From assembly GCA_000320545.1 (NCBI GenBank), contig ADNK01002058.1, positions 62,001 to 126,000 on the forward strand: a stretch of DNA of 64,000 bases, written 5' to 3'. Below the pieces are notes generated by a model, which was given only the letters and a program-made list of their open reading frames with translations, was not told where the DNA came from and did not search any database. This document shows positions 1-12,096 of this stretch, piece by piece (the first letter of the stretch is position 1; every line of letters starts with the position of its first letter). The translations under genes were made by a program, and so were the position numbers. The stretch is from Bigelowiella natans CCMP2755 (Eukaryota; Protista; Cercozoa).

Positions 1-98
1 CGTATGACGCCTGTCATCTTTGTGTAGCCCCCCCCCCCCCCCCCAAGTTCCTGTTCGTTCATGAGAAACGCTATTGCTTTTGCGTCTACTGCTTGCAG

Positions 99-224
99 GT
101 ACCGCACGTGGAACCTTGGCAATGGGAACCTTCACAGTAATACCTTAAGCATTAACAAAGACTCGCCCATCTTCTTTGTCGTTTGCTTGGAAATGTACAT
201 TTACATGCATGTGCTGGTCTCTTT

Positions 225-306
<82 letters not shown>

Positions 307-846
307 GCTTAAACGGCAAGGGTCATTAGTATTAATACTTATCTTCGCGTCTCCCTCAAATGTCATTTCTTTTGCTATTTGCACGTTATTCTCATCAAAC
401 CAATAGATCAGGGGGGGGAAACAGATGGTGCTGCTGGGGGCATTAATAAAAATGAAAGCAAGAAGGTGGAGAGTAAAATGACGATTACCGTGAATAAATC
501 GTTCGCTCTCCCAAAGAAGGACTCTACTGAGGTATGAGATATACATTAAAAGCAACACACAAAAAATAGAATACGAAATTTCTGTCAATTTTTGATTTCG
601 GAGAGTATGAGCGCTTTGATACTGAAGATTGATACGCTTCTGGGAAATATTATTAATATTCTGCAAGCTCACAATCATATTGATGTCGTCATGCAGCATC
701 ATGGATGATGTGCACCATTGCTACAGACTTGGCCTTCAGGCTTCATGGCGTCAGATCATCGTCCAATAGTTTCTGAGTTTCATTTAGGACTGCTGCACAA
801 TGATGATGACAATCAAGATGCACGTTCACAAACATCCTCGTCATAA
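99..846 (+). CDS. 3' exons of an endonuclease/exonuclease/phosphatase (EEP) family gene; the gene starts upstream of the window
   Basis: Phase-consistent GT-AG exons at about 99-136, 303-321, 407-531 and 727-846. The last exon reads TWPSGFMASDHRPIVSEF...*, which contains the EEP C-terminal SDHxP motif. Confidence 0.55.
225..300. repeat. Compound (CT)n(GT)n microsatellite in an intron; representative of many in the window
   Basis: Read directly. Similar tracts lie at about 10207, 18641, 22886, 23773, 24923, 45570, 59557 and 63704. Confidence 0.95.
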
Positions 847-1511
847 CCACCACTGCGATGCATCCACCGATAAGAATAATCGGAACGATTGTTTTTTCGA
901 AACAAGTTCAATCGTTGTCAAGCCCGAATGCAGCTTGGGCAGCACATGTGCGTGCAAACAAATAAGTGGAACGTGTGCACATGACACTTGATCAGCGCAG
1001 GAAAGATCTCACAAGGCACAAAACTCGTGTTATGCATTGAAAACCACAATAATGTGGTGACGCACAAGCTTTGCATGTGAGATGGATGCAATGTGAACAT
1101 GCCAATATAAATGTTTTCAACGGTCATCCTGATGTAGCCATGACACACAAGCGCATGGCTAATTACTACCCTGCTTGACTTCATCTAATCATCTAATTGT
1201 GTCGTCATTTCGCCACCGTCCTGCTGCCATTGTGTTTAATAATTTAAAGCTCACACACTTGGCAGCGTCTTAGGACCCCTGTGGTATGTGCGCACGTTGC
1301 ACAACATGCACACGCTAGATCGCATGAGCCAACATATCATGCACAGCATCCCCATGCTAGCACATAGCACGTGAGACCACCAATCTAGACAAGTGCAACT
1401 CATGGCAATGATTTGCACAATAAGTGACAAGCACTTAAATGCATTGAGAAGCTTCACATGTTTCATCCCATGAATGAACGTTCTGAAATGCGTGGTGTCG
1501 AGTCGACAATC

Positions 1512-4500
1512 CTATGCATCTTCTTCGAACTTTTTTGTACGCATGGCATCCATCGCATCCTTTGCCCGTACTATTAAGTCGTCTAGCTCGTCTTCTTTGC
1601 AGTGCAAAGTTCGCTTCAATGTTTCACGCATATCAAGGGAATTTCTCAAGATATCTTCTTTGAGATCCTTTGCAGCCTTTCGCTGTTTGACTGACGCCGG
1701 CCGGGCCGCCTTTTCCTCAGAGATAGCCTTGCCTTTTTCCACTATCTTCATCTTGACACTTCCGACGAACTCATCGAGCAAGTTCGTCTGAATTTTCAGC
1801 TCAGCAGCGTCGTCGTCGAAAGAGAATGACTTGAGCTTAATAACGAGATCTTCGTAGCCATCGAGTTGCGATGATATCCATTTCAAATCCGACTCCAAGG
1901 GCTTGAGCCCCTCCTCCCTCAACTCAGCTTCGATCTCGCCGCGCATCTGCCCCCATTGGAGTCCCTGAATTAGCTTGTTGTAGTTCATTATGATATTTAA
2001 GTGGCTTTTCTGGTCTTTATTGAGCGACTTGTGGGTATTTCCCACCAAACTTATCACGCAGTGAATCATATACCGTACAGATTCGTCGAAAATACAGTTT
2101 GGAGCTTCCAGAACGAGCTCACGATATTCAGGCTCTGTAGCGGTGGTACTGGGTCTGCTATTGCTTATAGAGAGTTGTTCTTCATCAGTCTTTCTCTTCT
2201 TCTCTTCCTCTGTAGGCGTCGGTTCATCTTGTCTTTTCACCTTGGACTCCTCCTGGACAAGTAGGAATGCTAACATCTCCATGAAGTCAATTTGTCCGTT
2301 ACCGTCAATATCTATCTTCTCCACGAGTTCAGAGAGCAGCGATGGGTCTAGATCTTGATTCAAGCTTCGCATAATAGGGACGAGTTCTTCCATATCCAGT
2401 TCGCCGCTTCCGTCCGTATCCATCCTGTCGAATATTGCCTTGAACTCGATCGCACGCTCCCTGGGGAGCACTCTGGCCTGGCCATTTTCGTGAGTATGGT
2501 ATGTGTAGTTTCCTGTCTCCGTATCATACCTCAACGAGTTAAACACAGTATCTGCCATGGCTTCGTCGAAGTTGACTGCCTTCTCCTTAGTGACTTTTAT
2601 GATTTCCTCAAGAACTTCACTCACCTGGATTTCCGGCCTGTGTAGATTCCATGTGCGCACGAGGAGCTGAGCGGCGGGAGAGCCCTCTTCATCTATCTTG
2701 CGATCCTCCTTGTCATTCCTCGGCCTCTTTTTCTTAAGGACGTTGGTTTCCTGCCATGACCGCACATTTGAGGGAATATGTGCTGCAAGAGAGAGATAGT
2801 TGTCCTCTATAGCAGTGCCAGGCTGCCCTTTCCACTCCCAGAAATAAGGTATTGCCTTTGGGTTGAGAAGCAGATCCGACAGGCAGCCAAGGACCATCGA
2901 ACGCATCTCTGGAGCGCACACGCACAAGGTGTCCAGGAGGAGATCCAAGCCGTTAAGCCGCAACCAATGTGCCTCGTTTCTAGGGTTTCCGATGATCGCG
3001 TATGACACGCACTGGAGGACGGAGAGGAGCATCTCAACCTCTGCCCCCCCCTCAGATGTCAGGGCCTGCAAGGCGGATCCAATAGCTTTGATACCGCCCT
3101 CCTTCCTAAAGATGCGCTGGTTGTATGGATGATGATCGCACAGCAGTCCTAACACTAACACCGCGTTGGCTCTATCCGCTGGAGAGTTCTCAGAATCGTT
3201 GAACAGCGTGAACATGAGACGGAAATCGTTGCGATGAATGTGCACGTTAGTGGTGTCTGCGTGGTAAATAACTTTAACTAGGGTCTGAAGCACAAGGTTG
3301 GTGAGCCGCTGCGTCACCTCTAGGTGCTGTAACCCATCCACAGCGCGCTCGATCTGGACCAGGATGAACGCCATAAACTTTTGGTGTATTTGAAGGGCGA
3401 TGAAAAGTCGCGGCGCTCGTGGCAGCAGTTTCATGAAGAGGTGGAGCGCTCTCCTCTTGAGTTCAATTTTCTGCTGGCTATTCAGTAGTTGCAGCGACGG
3501 ATGCTCTTCCATTTCGGGGTCAAGATGGACTAAGAGAGCATGAGCTATTTTGTTTTCGATAATGATTGAGAGGCCGAGATCGCAATACACCATCTCCTGT
3601 ATAAAGGCCCAGAGAGTATTTTTATACTCGAAGTCGGACTCCGAGAGCGACATGCTGGCGAGCTCCTCTTGCCCGAGCTCAAGCTTCGTTGACTGGTGTA
3701 TTGCAATGGCTAGGCATTGGTTCAATACGAGCATCATGTGGTTCCCTCTCTCTCGAGCCAGAAGGCAGAGGACGACTGCGAGCTCATTTCGAAGCTCCTT
3801 ATCCTTGAGCCTGTAGCAGTCCTCAAGTCGGATGAGCAGGTCACTCAGCGCCTCAAAGTTCGCGTCTTTACTTCCAAACATCAATGCGGAAGGAGGGTGG
3901 ATGTCCAAGATGTTCCAGATAATCTCCACGGCGAGCTTAACGAGTTGTGTGCGATGGTCATGTCGCAGCACCACACCAAGAACAGAGAACGCCCCCGACT
4001 TCACAATCAGCTGTGCACATCCCTGATGAAAGCTGAGCTCGCGAAGAGCTTCCAGGATTGAAAGCGTTACAGGCAGATAGCCCTTCGACCAAGCGAGCGC
4101 CCGCTCATTGTAGCCGGCCTGCAGATTCAGGGCCTGTTTTTCCTCAGCATCCCCCAAATGCTGCGAAAGATGATTCTGATCTCTAGTTTCGTTTCCTGAG
4201 AAAGCTGCGTCGCTATAACTTCTTCTGCTCAGAGTACTATCGGTGTCACTTGGCTTCCGCACATTCTCTACGATTTGTGTGTTGACAGCGTGTTGTAATT
4301 GCGTCGTTAGCCGTTCGATTATGCCCCCCTCAGCTATTATCTGATGTATGATGACGCACCACAGGAGCACGGCAGACAATGAAAGAAAAGAATTTTGGGA
4401 GAGGGAAAGAATGGGCTTAGAAGGTCATTATTATAATCATCTCCTTGCTTTTATGTAGATTTTGGAAGCTGTTCTCAAATTCATTACTATATTTTATTTA

Positions 4501-5570
4501 ATTTTTTTAAAGTCACAATCATATATGCGTACATACGGAGTGTAGTGCCCTACCCCCCCCCCCCCCCATCTTTCCTCTCTTTCAGTTGGAATACTAACCG
4601 AGAAGGGCAGATGCTTCTCTTGTGCGTTAGTGGAATATCCCTTGGTTGCCTGTATGGCAAAACGAGAGATGGCTATTGCTATCTCTCTCTGGATCTTCAC
4701 ATTTTCGATACACATAGCTCGCCTGCAGAGTTATGGAATGTAAGAACAAGATAGGACAGGAGATGAATAAGGGATTACCCTATTGTGGAAATTGCCGCAA
4801 GTTGCGCCTTCGTATACTCAAGCGCTTCGAAGCTCTTGTACCGCACAAATGGGTATCCGTGTATCTCAATCAGTTCGCGTAGAGGCTCGAGGAACAAATC
4901 CACCCCTGAAAATCAGCATTACTTTAATGCAAAGAAGACCCTTATGGGGACCCATTCCCGTTATTTGTATTCGTCTCGAATATGGAGAATTTTCACATTT
5001 TGTTTTTTCCCTTCGCTCAATCCGGATAAGGAGAGCGTGAGAGGAATTGTATGGTAGAGAAGAGGTGGAGGGGTGGAGCGACAATAGTCACCTTGTAATA
5101 TGCCTTCTATGAGCAAATTGGTGAGCTCTGCAACTTTATGAAGGTGCCATACAGGAAGCCCTTGATCCCTGCAGAAATGAAAAATGGGGGAAAGGAAATA
5201 GTATACCAGATATAATTTGTTGATCTCCCTGTCAGTCGTAATGTTAATTTAATTGACTGTCTCCGAAAATTCACTTCATCCTCATAACATTTCTATATAT
5301 TTTCATACGAATCTCTGCTAAACAATGTCGAACAGGAGAACATCGAGTACTGACCTGCATTCTCGGCATAGCTTCTTCACTGCCCCTGCCTATTCATCAG
5401 ACGGAAGAATTAAGCTTTTATCATGCCGCTTTGTCTTAGTCACATATAATTTTTGAACGTATTCGATCAAGGTAAAACCTGGCGAGTGTGCAGCTCCCTG
5501 GTGGTAGGATCTTTAAACAGCTTGATCCCATCTTCCAAGATGCGAGCCACTCTTTTCGAGTACCCAAGCT
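1512..5570 (-). CDS. CFAP69: Cilia- and flagella-associated protein 69 (ARM-repeat) with an inserted EF-hand pair; start codon not located
   Basis: Large exon 1512-4340 plus upstream exons: GIKLFKDPTTRELHTRQ (~5478-5570), AVKKLCREC, DQGLPVWHLHKVAEL, LFLEPLRELIEIHGYPFVRYKS and ENVKIQREIAIAISRF. Motifs YRLKDKELRNEL, DFEYK and VLGCLSDLLLNPKAIPYFWEW resemble CFAP69. Confidence 0.8.
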
Positions 5571-6641
5571 GAGCAAGGATATAATCTTAATATACTTCTA
5601 CACCGCTAATAGTATGACGCTTCGTAGCATTTCATGATAGGTAGTTAAAACGTTTCTCTCTCCTAATCCTTTCGAAGAGAGTTTGAACACATGCTCATTT
5701 TTGTTTTTTCGATCGGCGCTGTTCACTATTCATTGGTTTGTGATGTTTCGTGTAGATGTTTATTGTTTTTTGCCTCCCAGTCATTTATACAACACAACTA
5801 CAAGATGAAAATCCATTTTTATGTTTTCCAGTGTTCCCGTGCAGAGGCATGGGGTGGGTGGAGACCTCCATATCGCCGTTACTCGTGGGCGTTTTTGGTC
5901 GAAGGGGTTGGCAGCGTAGTGTCGTTCGATATCTGTTCAGATGTAAAATATGTTGTCGTAGGATAAAATCCACTGGTTATTTAATTGGAGAATCTGGATG
6001 AGTTACAGTTTCTACGACATCCACTTTCCGAGATTTTAGGACGGATGTACCGGTAGATCTAGATCCAGCGGTCCAGCCAGCTGTCTGCGTTTTGCAACAC
6101 ATTGCACCATGCGATTACTCCTCGATAAACCCAAAATGATGTTGTCGTATTTTGAAAACTCCTTGTTTTTTGGTCGTCGAGCTGGCAGTTACAGTGGGAC
6201 TTGGACGTTGTGACAAGCAGAATGCGTTGTGTTTTCTCCTTGCGACAACAGTAAATGAAGGCGCACAGAAATAAAGTACCACGATTCCTCTGATCGTCCA
6301 ACTCTACGAATCAAACAGATCTGAATCGAGTTGTCGCTCCCCCCCTTCCGGAAACTGCTACGTTCGCCCACGTTTAGCAGAACGTACAGAGAAGTTTCAA
6401 AGATTTAACGTTTAAGAGATAACTTCGAATCTGGGCAGTCGTCAACGAATAACAGTTCTGAAGTCGAACACCGGAACCCTGACCATTCCTTCATCGACTG
6501 AGGTCTGCACGAGAACATTCATGCTGACAGCTGCGATTCGGTTTCATCAGCATTTATCATTCACATTTATCATTTTGGTGACCTATTCTTAGCACTTTAT
6601 TTGAGCTGAGGAAAAGAAGCAAAAGGTATAGTGGAGGGACA

Positions 6642-8053
6642 ATGCCAACGTTACAGCAGCAGCAACAACCAACATCGCCTGCTTCGAGTAATGGGCATCG
6701 TCATGCAGAGGGACGTCGTCTCGTAGGTATGAGTGTGAATACTTTGTGGATTCACCCTGATTTTCTTGTAAAATGGAATGAAATAGTATGCCATCTGTTC
6801 GCTCTCCCGTCCAATCTTACTCAGGTCGCGTTAGTCGCAATCACGCAGGGCCTTCGTCAATTCCATCAAAGTTTGAAACCATACTCTTCCATGGTCAGAA
6901 GGAGGTACGTTAAAATGGTAAAGTTAGTATTTAGGGAAATCCTCTGCCGTGTGATAGTATGACCATTACCGTTTTGATGTAGGCTAAGGGTTTCATCTCC
7001 GGTAGCCTGCGATTCAAGCACGACAAAGCATACGAAGGGCCCGGCCCTGGGGCTTATTCGGTTGGAGGCCTTTCTAGCAAATCCACAGAATCCTTTTCAA
7101 AAAAGGGATATGGAAACTTAGCAAGTAGTTCGAATAGATTCCACGGGCCGCGCCCTAGCTACTATCCCGGTCCCGGTGAAAACAACTGGCTCTCCTCAGT
7201 AAAAGGAAGTCGTGTCCAAAACCACCGCCATGTCTTCGCCTCGAAGTCCCTGAGAATACCCCAAGCACGACGTGATAATACAGTTGGGCCGGGACAATAC
7301 TACACCCGCCATTCTCCAACAAAGGTTTATGTTTATCGAAGCCCAAGCGGTGGGAACCCGAGAAATAACCCGAAGGCTGCTGAATTGTTAAACCATGAGC
7401 AGCTGAACAGCGGCGAGGCGCTTCGAGAAAGAGAGATGCCTATGATGCAGACTGGATTTAACATGTGTGATTCCAGATTCCCAAAGCGGAAAATCGTCAA
7501 ATCACCCGAACCAGGAACATATGATCCCATTCCTGTGTCCTCTAGCGTCAACCCTGCGCATAGCTCGTTCAAATCTACAAAGCAAAGAAATTTCGAGCTT
7601 ACACGCACGCCGAAAGACATGATGCTTCACATGAGGCCCTACTCTAATCCTGGACCAGGGAGATATGATGACGGGCAGTACTGGCGTCTAGTTCGGGACA
7701 AGAAACCCCAGAAGAACTTTATCAAGAATCACAGCGATCGTTTCGGACGGCCGTTGCAGCGTAAATCGACTTCAATGCCGCCAACGAAGTATCCTGGCCC
7801 TGGACATTACAACCCAGCGGTGTCAGTGAGCAACAGTGGGAACTCGAAGATGGCGAAGTCATGGATAAATAGGGTTCGGATGAAGTCTCGACAAGAAGTA
7901 CGAAGGAACGATTCCGTCTTTGCATCGAAAGCCATAAGGGCGACTTCCTCTCCTATCGTCAACGCCCCTGGACCAGCCTATTATAAGCTAGGTTCGAACA
8001 AGAAAAAATCACACAATGCGCATGCAAACGCCTCTAGGGTGTGGGTTAGTTGA
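6642..8053 (+). CDS. STPG1: Sperm-tail PG-rich (SHIPPO) repeat protein, STPG1-like
   Basis: Spliced exons give SSIPSKFETI / KGFISGSLRF..GPGPGAY..SFSKKGYG..SNRF..YPGP and further PGPGxY repeats (PEPGTY, PGPGRY, PGPGHY, PGPAYY) in ORF 7385-8053. Confidence 0.75.
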
Positions 8054-8820
8054 GAGTTACCAACATGTGATATATCCTCCTTCGCAGATTTACAATGTTA
8101 ACTTTAACTAAAAGAGCGATACAGTTCTCCAAATGGTATTTTAGCAGGCAGCGTTCCCTATCTAGTATGCATGCTCGACCCTTATTTTGCATAGCTAAGT
8201 GCTTTGTTGCGAGCCTAGACTAGCTAGAAACGTAGTATGCGAGTCATGCAAGGAATGCAGCTGACCAATGAGCAAAACTCGTTGGCTCCTTCGATCCTCA
8301 TATTCGCTGGCATGTGCCATTGCATGCAAGATCGAAAATGCCGACTACAAGTCCAAGGAAATATACAACGTGTGTTGCCGTACAGATTTGTAAGATGGCT
8401 TGTCTACCAGTTCATGTTCAAGCATTACATGTCCCCCACCCGCCCTCTATAGCTAGCTGTATTACCATCAAAAGAATACGATAATGACGAATGTACGTAA
8501 ATGGGGAAAATACGCGTTGCGCTGGAGCCGAAGCTAATAAGAAAAGCTTTTTTTTTTTTTTAGCACAACGAACAATTATAAATTCAAGCTTAGAGCCTAC
8601 ACAGATTGCGGCACGCGCTCTGCGGCGCTACCGCCGCCGCATGCCAGATTTGCCCGGATTATGATGGCTACTATTTGCCTTGGCGTGCAATCAGATGCAT
8701 GCGCAGACATATTAGTATATGAGCGCACAAAGGAATGTGAGATTTAACAATGATTTATGATGCGTACGTTACGCACATTGTTACTTAAAATACATCGGTT
8801 GTCATTTACACTCTATTCTT

Positions 8821-10202
8821 CTACCCCGTTGCGCCAAAAGGCTGCGCTACTTTTTCACCAAATTTTGCTAAATGGAAGGTATTGTACACGTCGTAGATTG
8901 GACGAATTGTGAGATGATGTATATAAGACCTGACGAAAATATTTTGGGAGGATGGGTTATAATTCTGTCTCATTTTAATTGCTATCGGATGACAAGAGAT
9001 ATTTAATGCAATGGATAGATTTGGGAAAAACGATCGACACATGTGCAGTTACAGATCAAGTTCGAATACGTCAAGCAGAAACTACCGGCAGCCATAACAC
9101 CAGAACGAGAGATCTGCTGTTCCCATTGTAATGTGATGCTCGGTGGCCTTTTTGTTGTGCAAGACCATGTGCTTGTTAGCAAACCGCCCACACAGGACGC
9201 GACGGCTTTTCAGGCACACCCAATTTTCCTTCTTGTTGTTACACCCCTTCCACGTACATGACTTAGCGGCCTGGCTGAGGATGCCTTTCGCCTCATCGAC
9301 GGTAAGCTGTGAAAGTTCTTCTTTGATAGCATCTACATGCGGGCAGTCATGGATTGCATGCGCGTAGCCGCTAAGAGAACCCACATCAGGGTCGTTGGGG
9401 CGTACTAGCCCCTTCTTGTCGCCATGGAGCTCAGCATTATATATCACCAAGGGTAGTTGCTCGAGGTCACCATTGACCGCCGCCTCTACAAACCACGAAC
9501 CCATTGTCTTAGTGATACCATCTTCGCCCGGAAGCTGAACTCTATAGTGGCCTTGGTTGTCTTTTCCCACTATGCTCGCTACGTCGTTCTCGTACCTACC
9601 ACCTGTAATCATGACTTTTGTCCCCTTCCTTAGATCCCACTTTTCTCTATTATCGCCTTTTTGCTTGGCATCCCCTGTCTTCTTGCCGTCCTTCTGCGAA
9701 TAAGGGACAAGGAAGACGTCCTCTTTAGGTTTCCACTCCCGAGGAACTCTCGCGGCGTAGAGCTTAAATTTGTCCATTTTTATCTGCATTTCTTTGGCAA
9801 GTTGGGCAAAAACATCGTCGAGTCTTGCGAAGATGCGGAGTTGGCAAAGGTTATCGTGCTGCGTCTGCTGCAGCGAAATGATTACGGACCCCAAACACCC
9901 GTTTGTGCCTTTCAGGGCTCTCTTGGCTGCGGCGATTACTGTACGATCGGCATTCATCCCGACTAATGATGTTCCTAAATAGTGCATGAATATATATCAC
10001 GTGTGAAGGAGCAAGATGTCGCAGAGCTGCTAACTTTTGATCCATTAATCTTGTATTACCAAGACAAAGGCAGAGATCAGTTTTCTGTTGCCAAAGTGTG
10101 AGGTCCTTGAATAGATCATAGCGTAGAGAGCCTGACATCGGTACTACAGGGTTCGATGGATCATACCATGCTCCATGAATCTGCATTCCCAAAACACACG
10201 CA

Positions 10203-10261
<59 letters not shown>

Positions 10262-10900
10262 TCATTTTTTGAGGAGTACATATATGTTTGGGATGGAGTG
10301 AGACATCTGTCAGAAAATCCACCTCATTTATTGCTTTTTGAGGAAGCCCTGCTTTCTGAGGCAGGCCATCATGGTTCTGCTGTATCCATCGTTTTAGTTT
10401 CCCAGCTTTGTAGAGTTCCACTAGCACTCGGTGGGAAAGCGTGGGCAGCGCATCAAATGGCGATGTAAGCTTCCTCTTCATTTTTTCTTCGGAGCTTTGC
10501 TGGGAAACAGACTGCTTGGCCTAACGATTCCATGAGAGAATGCATGGTGACCGTAATGTAATATCTACTGTTTCAGTGATGAACCTTTGTAGCGTAGTCG
10601 TTGATGCCGCTTGCCGTACTGATTCCTGCCCCAGTGTATGCCAGGCAGTGCTGACTCTTATTGATCATCTCTGCAAGTAGCTTTACCTTTGCCTTGAGAA
10701 CTTCAGGTGTGTCTAAGTATTCGTGGGCCTTTTTTGTTGCATAACCAGGACGAGCATCCTCGTCGCATTTTACTGCTATTTCAGGTTTCGGCCAGGAACT
10801 GTCACCTGTACACAGATAAAGATAAGCAAAATATAGGCACAGGATCTTCGACGCCTCGCATACCGTTCGTTCCGTGCCACATTTGCAACGTCTTCAACAT
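8821..10900 (-). CDS. Atypical sirtuin (Sir2 family) with a C-terminal KOW/SH3-like segment and an HDAC6-type ZnF-UBP domain
   Basis: Exons at about 10864-10900, 10585-10805, 10323-10520, 10060-10180, 9086-9975 and 8821-8929. Sirtuin motifs: YTGAGISTASGINDY, PTLSH, QQNHDGL, EIHG, LGTSL. ZnF-UBP: CPH...ENWVCL...CGRF..KHMV.H...DLSFWCYGC.SYIHH...KFGE. Confidence 0.85.
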
Positions 10901-11039
10901 TGTTATCGTTTCGGGTTATGAGGATCAAGTCGGATCTGAGATGGGTGATTGTTACAGATTTGAAGAATTTTCTCAAGTAATTCCTTGGCCAAAAGGCACA
11001 AATCGCTATTTTACCCATACGACATGTACGAGGGCAAGT

Positions 11040-11102
11040 CGCATCCGATAAGCCGCATCCGATAAGCCCGTAACAATTTTTATCCTAACTCAACCAATCA
11101 GC
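11040..11102. promoter_or_regulatory. Divergent sirtuin/PPR promoter with a tandem 14-mer and a CCAAT box
   Basis: CGCATCCGATAAGC x2 at 11040-11067 and AACCAATCAG at 11092-11101, within the 425-bp gap between head-to-head starts. Confidence 0.4.
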
Positions 11103-11325
11103 TTTCCCGAATCCGAAGTATTTTTGTCAAGGCCTTTTTTCCCTGCGACAAGTGGGAAGGGGCGAATTGGGGCCGCTTTTTATGAAAGAAAATATGAAAC
11201 AGGTGCATAGGAAGTTTATCGGGTAAGAAAATGTCTAAAATTAACAGATTTGCCATCGTTCATTCCGAGAGTGGGCAGGTTAGTTCGGCAGTGTGGAAGG
11301 GGGTGAGGACGGATCTATCCTTAAC

Positions 11326-12065
11326 ATGCGTCCTCGCGCTTCTGTTGGGAGGAGGGCCGTTGCACTTGCTGGTGACAAGCGACGTCTCTCTACTACTACC
11401 TCCACCTCCTCCTTTTCCGTATGCCGTCTCTTGCGAACAATAACTCCCCAGACCCCCATCCTCAGTGACTCAAGAGGACGGGATAGGTTCTTTCGCCACT
11501 TTGGCAGCAGGGGCCAAGGCGTGAGTACAAGAAGACTTCTATTATGTCAAGGAAACAGTGATAGCTACCATGATTTCAAAATACATACAGATCTGACCAG
11601 GTCAGTTTTCAGATATATCGTGATGTTTACTCCCAACCCCGCATTTGAATCGTCGTTGCAGCCCCCCAACCTATTCCTTATCGCTGATTTTGATGATTGC
11701 ATAGAACCGAGGTGGTGAACATGCGGCCAGAAGAGCTCCTCGAAGTACTATCCGATAGGCACCTCCATCACTCCTGGGTCGTTAATCTCGCAACAGAAAC
11801 ACTCTGCGCAAAGGGAAGTATCCCAAGTATCATGGAAGGCTTTCGCTGCTTTTCAGAGCCGTCCGATCATGTTTTCAGGTGCGTTCTCGGTGCACTAAAT
11901 CGACGAAACGCTTATCTACAGGCCTTGGAAGTCGCGGCGCTGGCGAAAAAGAGCGTTCAGCTGTGGGACCTGACTCTTCTCACCCTGACCTTCCGTGCAC
12001 TTGTCCACGCGGACAAAGAGGACGAGGCAATGGAGCTCTTCTTAAAAATCCGACGAGATTATAAT

Positions 12066-12096
<31 letters not shown>

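Noticed and set aside
145-702. 185-aa minus-strand ORF
   Set aside because: It translates microsatellites (THTH/RERE) and lies antisense to the EEP-like exons.
11040-11068. GCCGCATCCG/GATAAG resembling enterobacterial REP sequences
   Set aside because: It has only two 14-bp units, no REP palindrome, and a eukaryotic promoter context.
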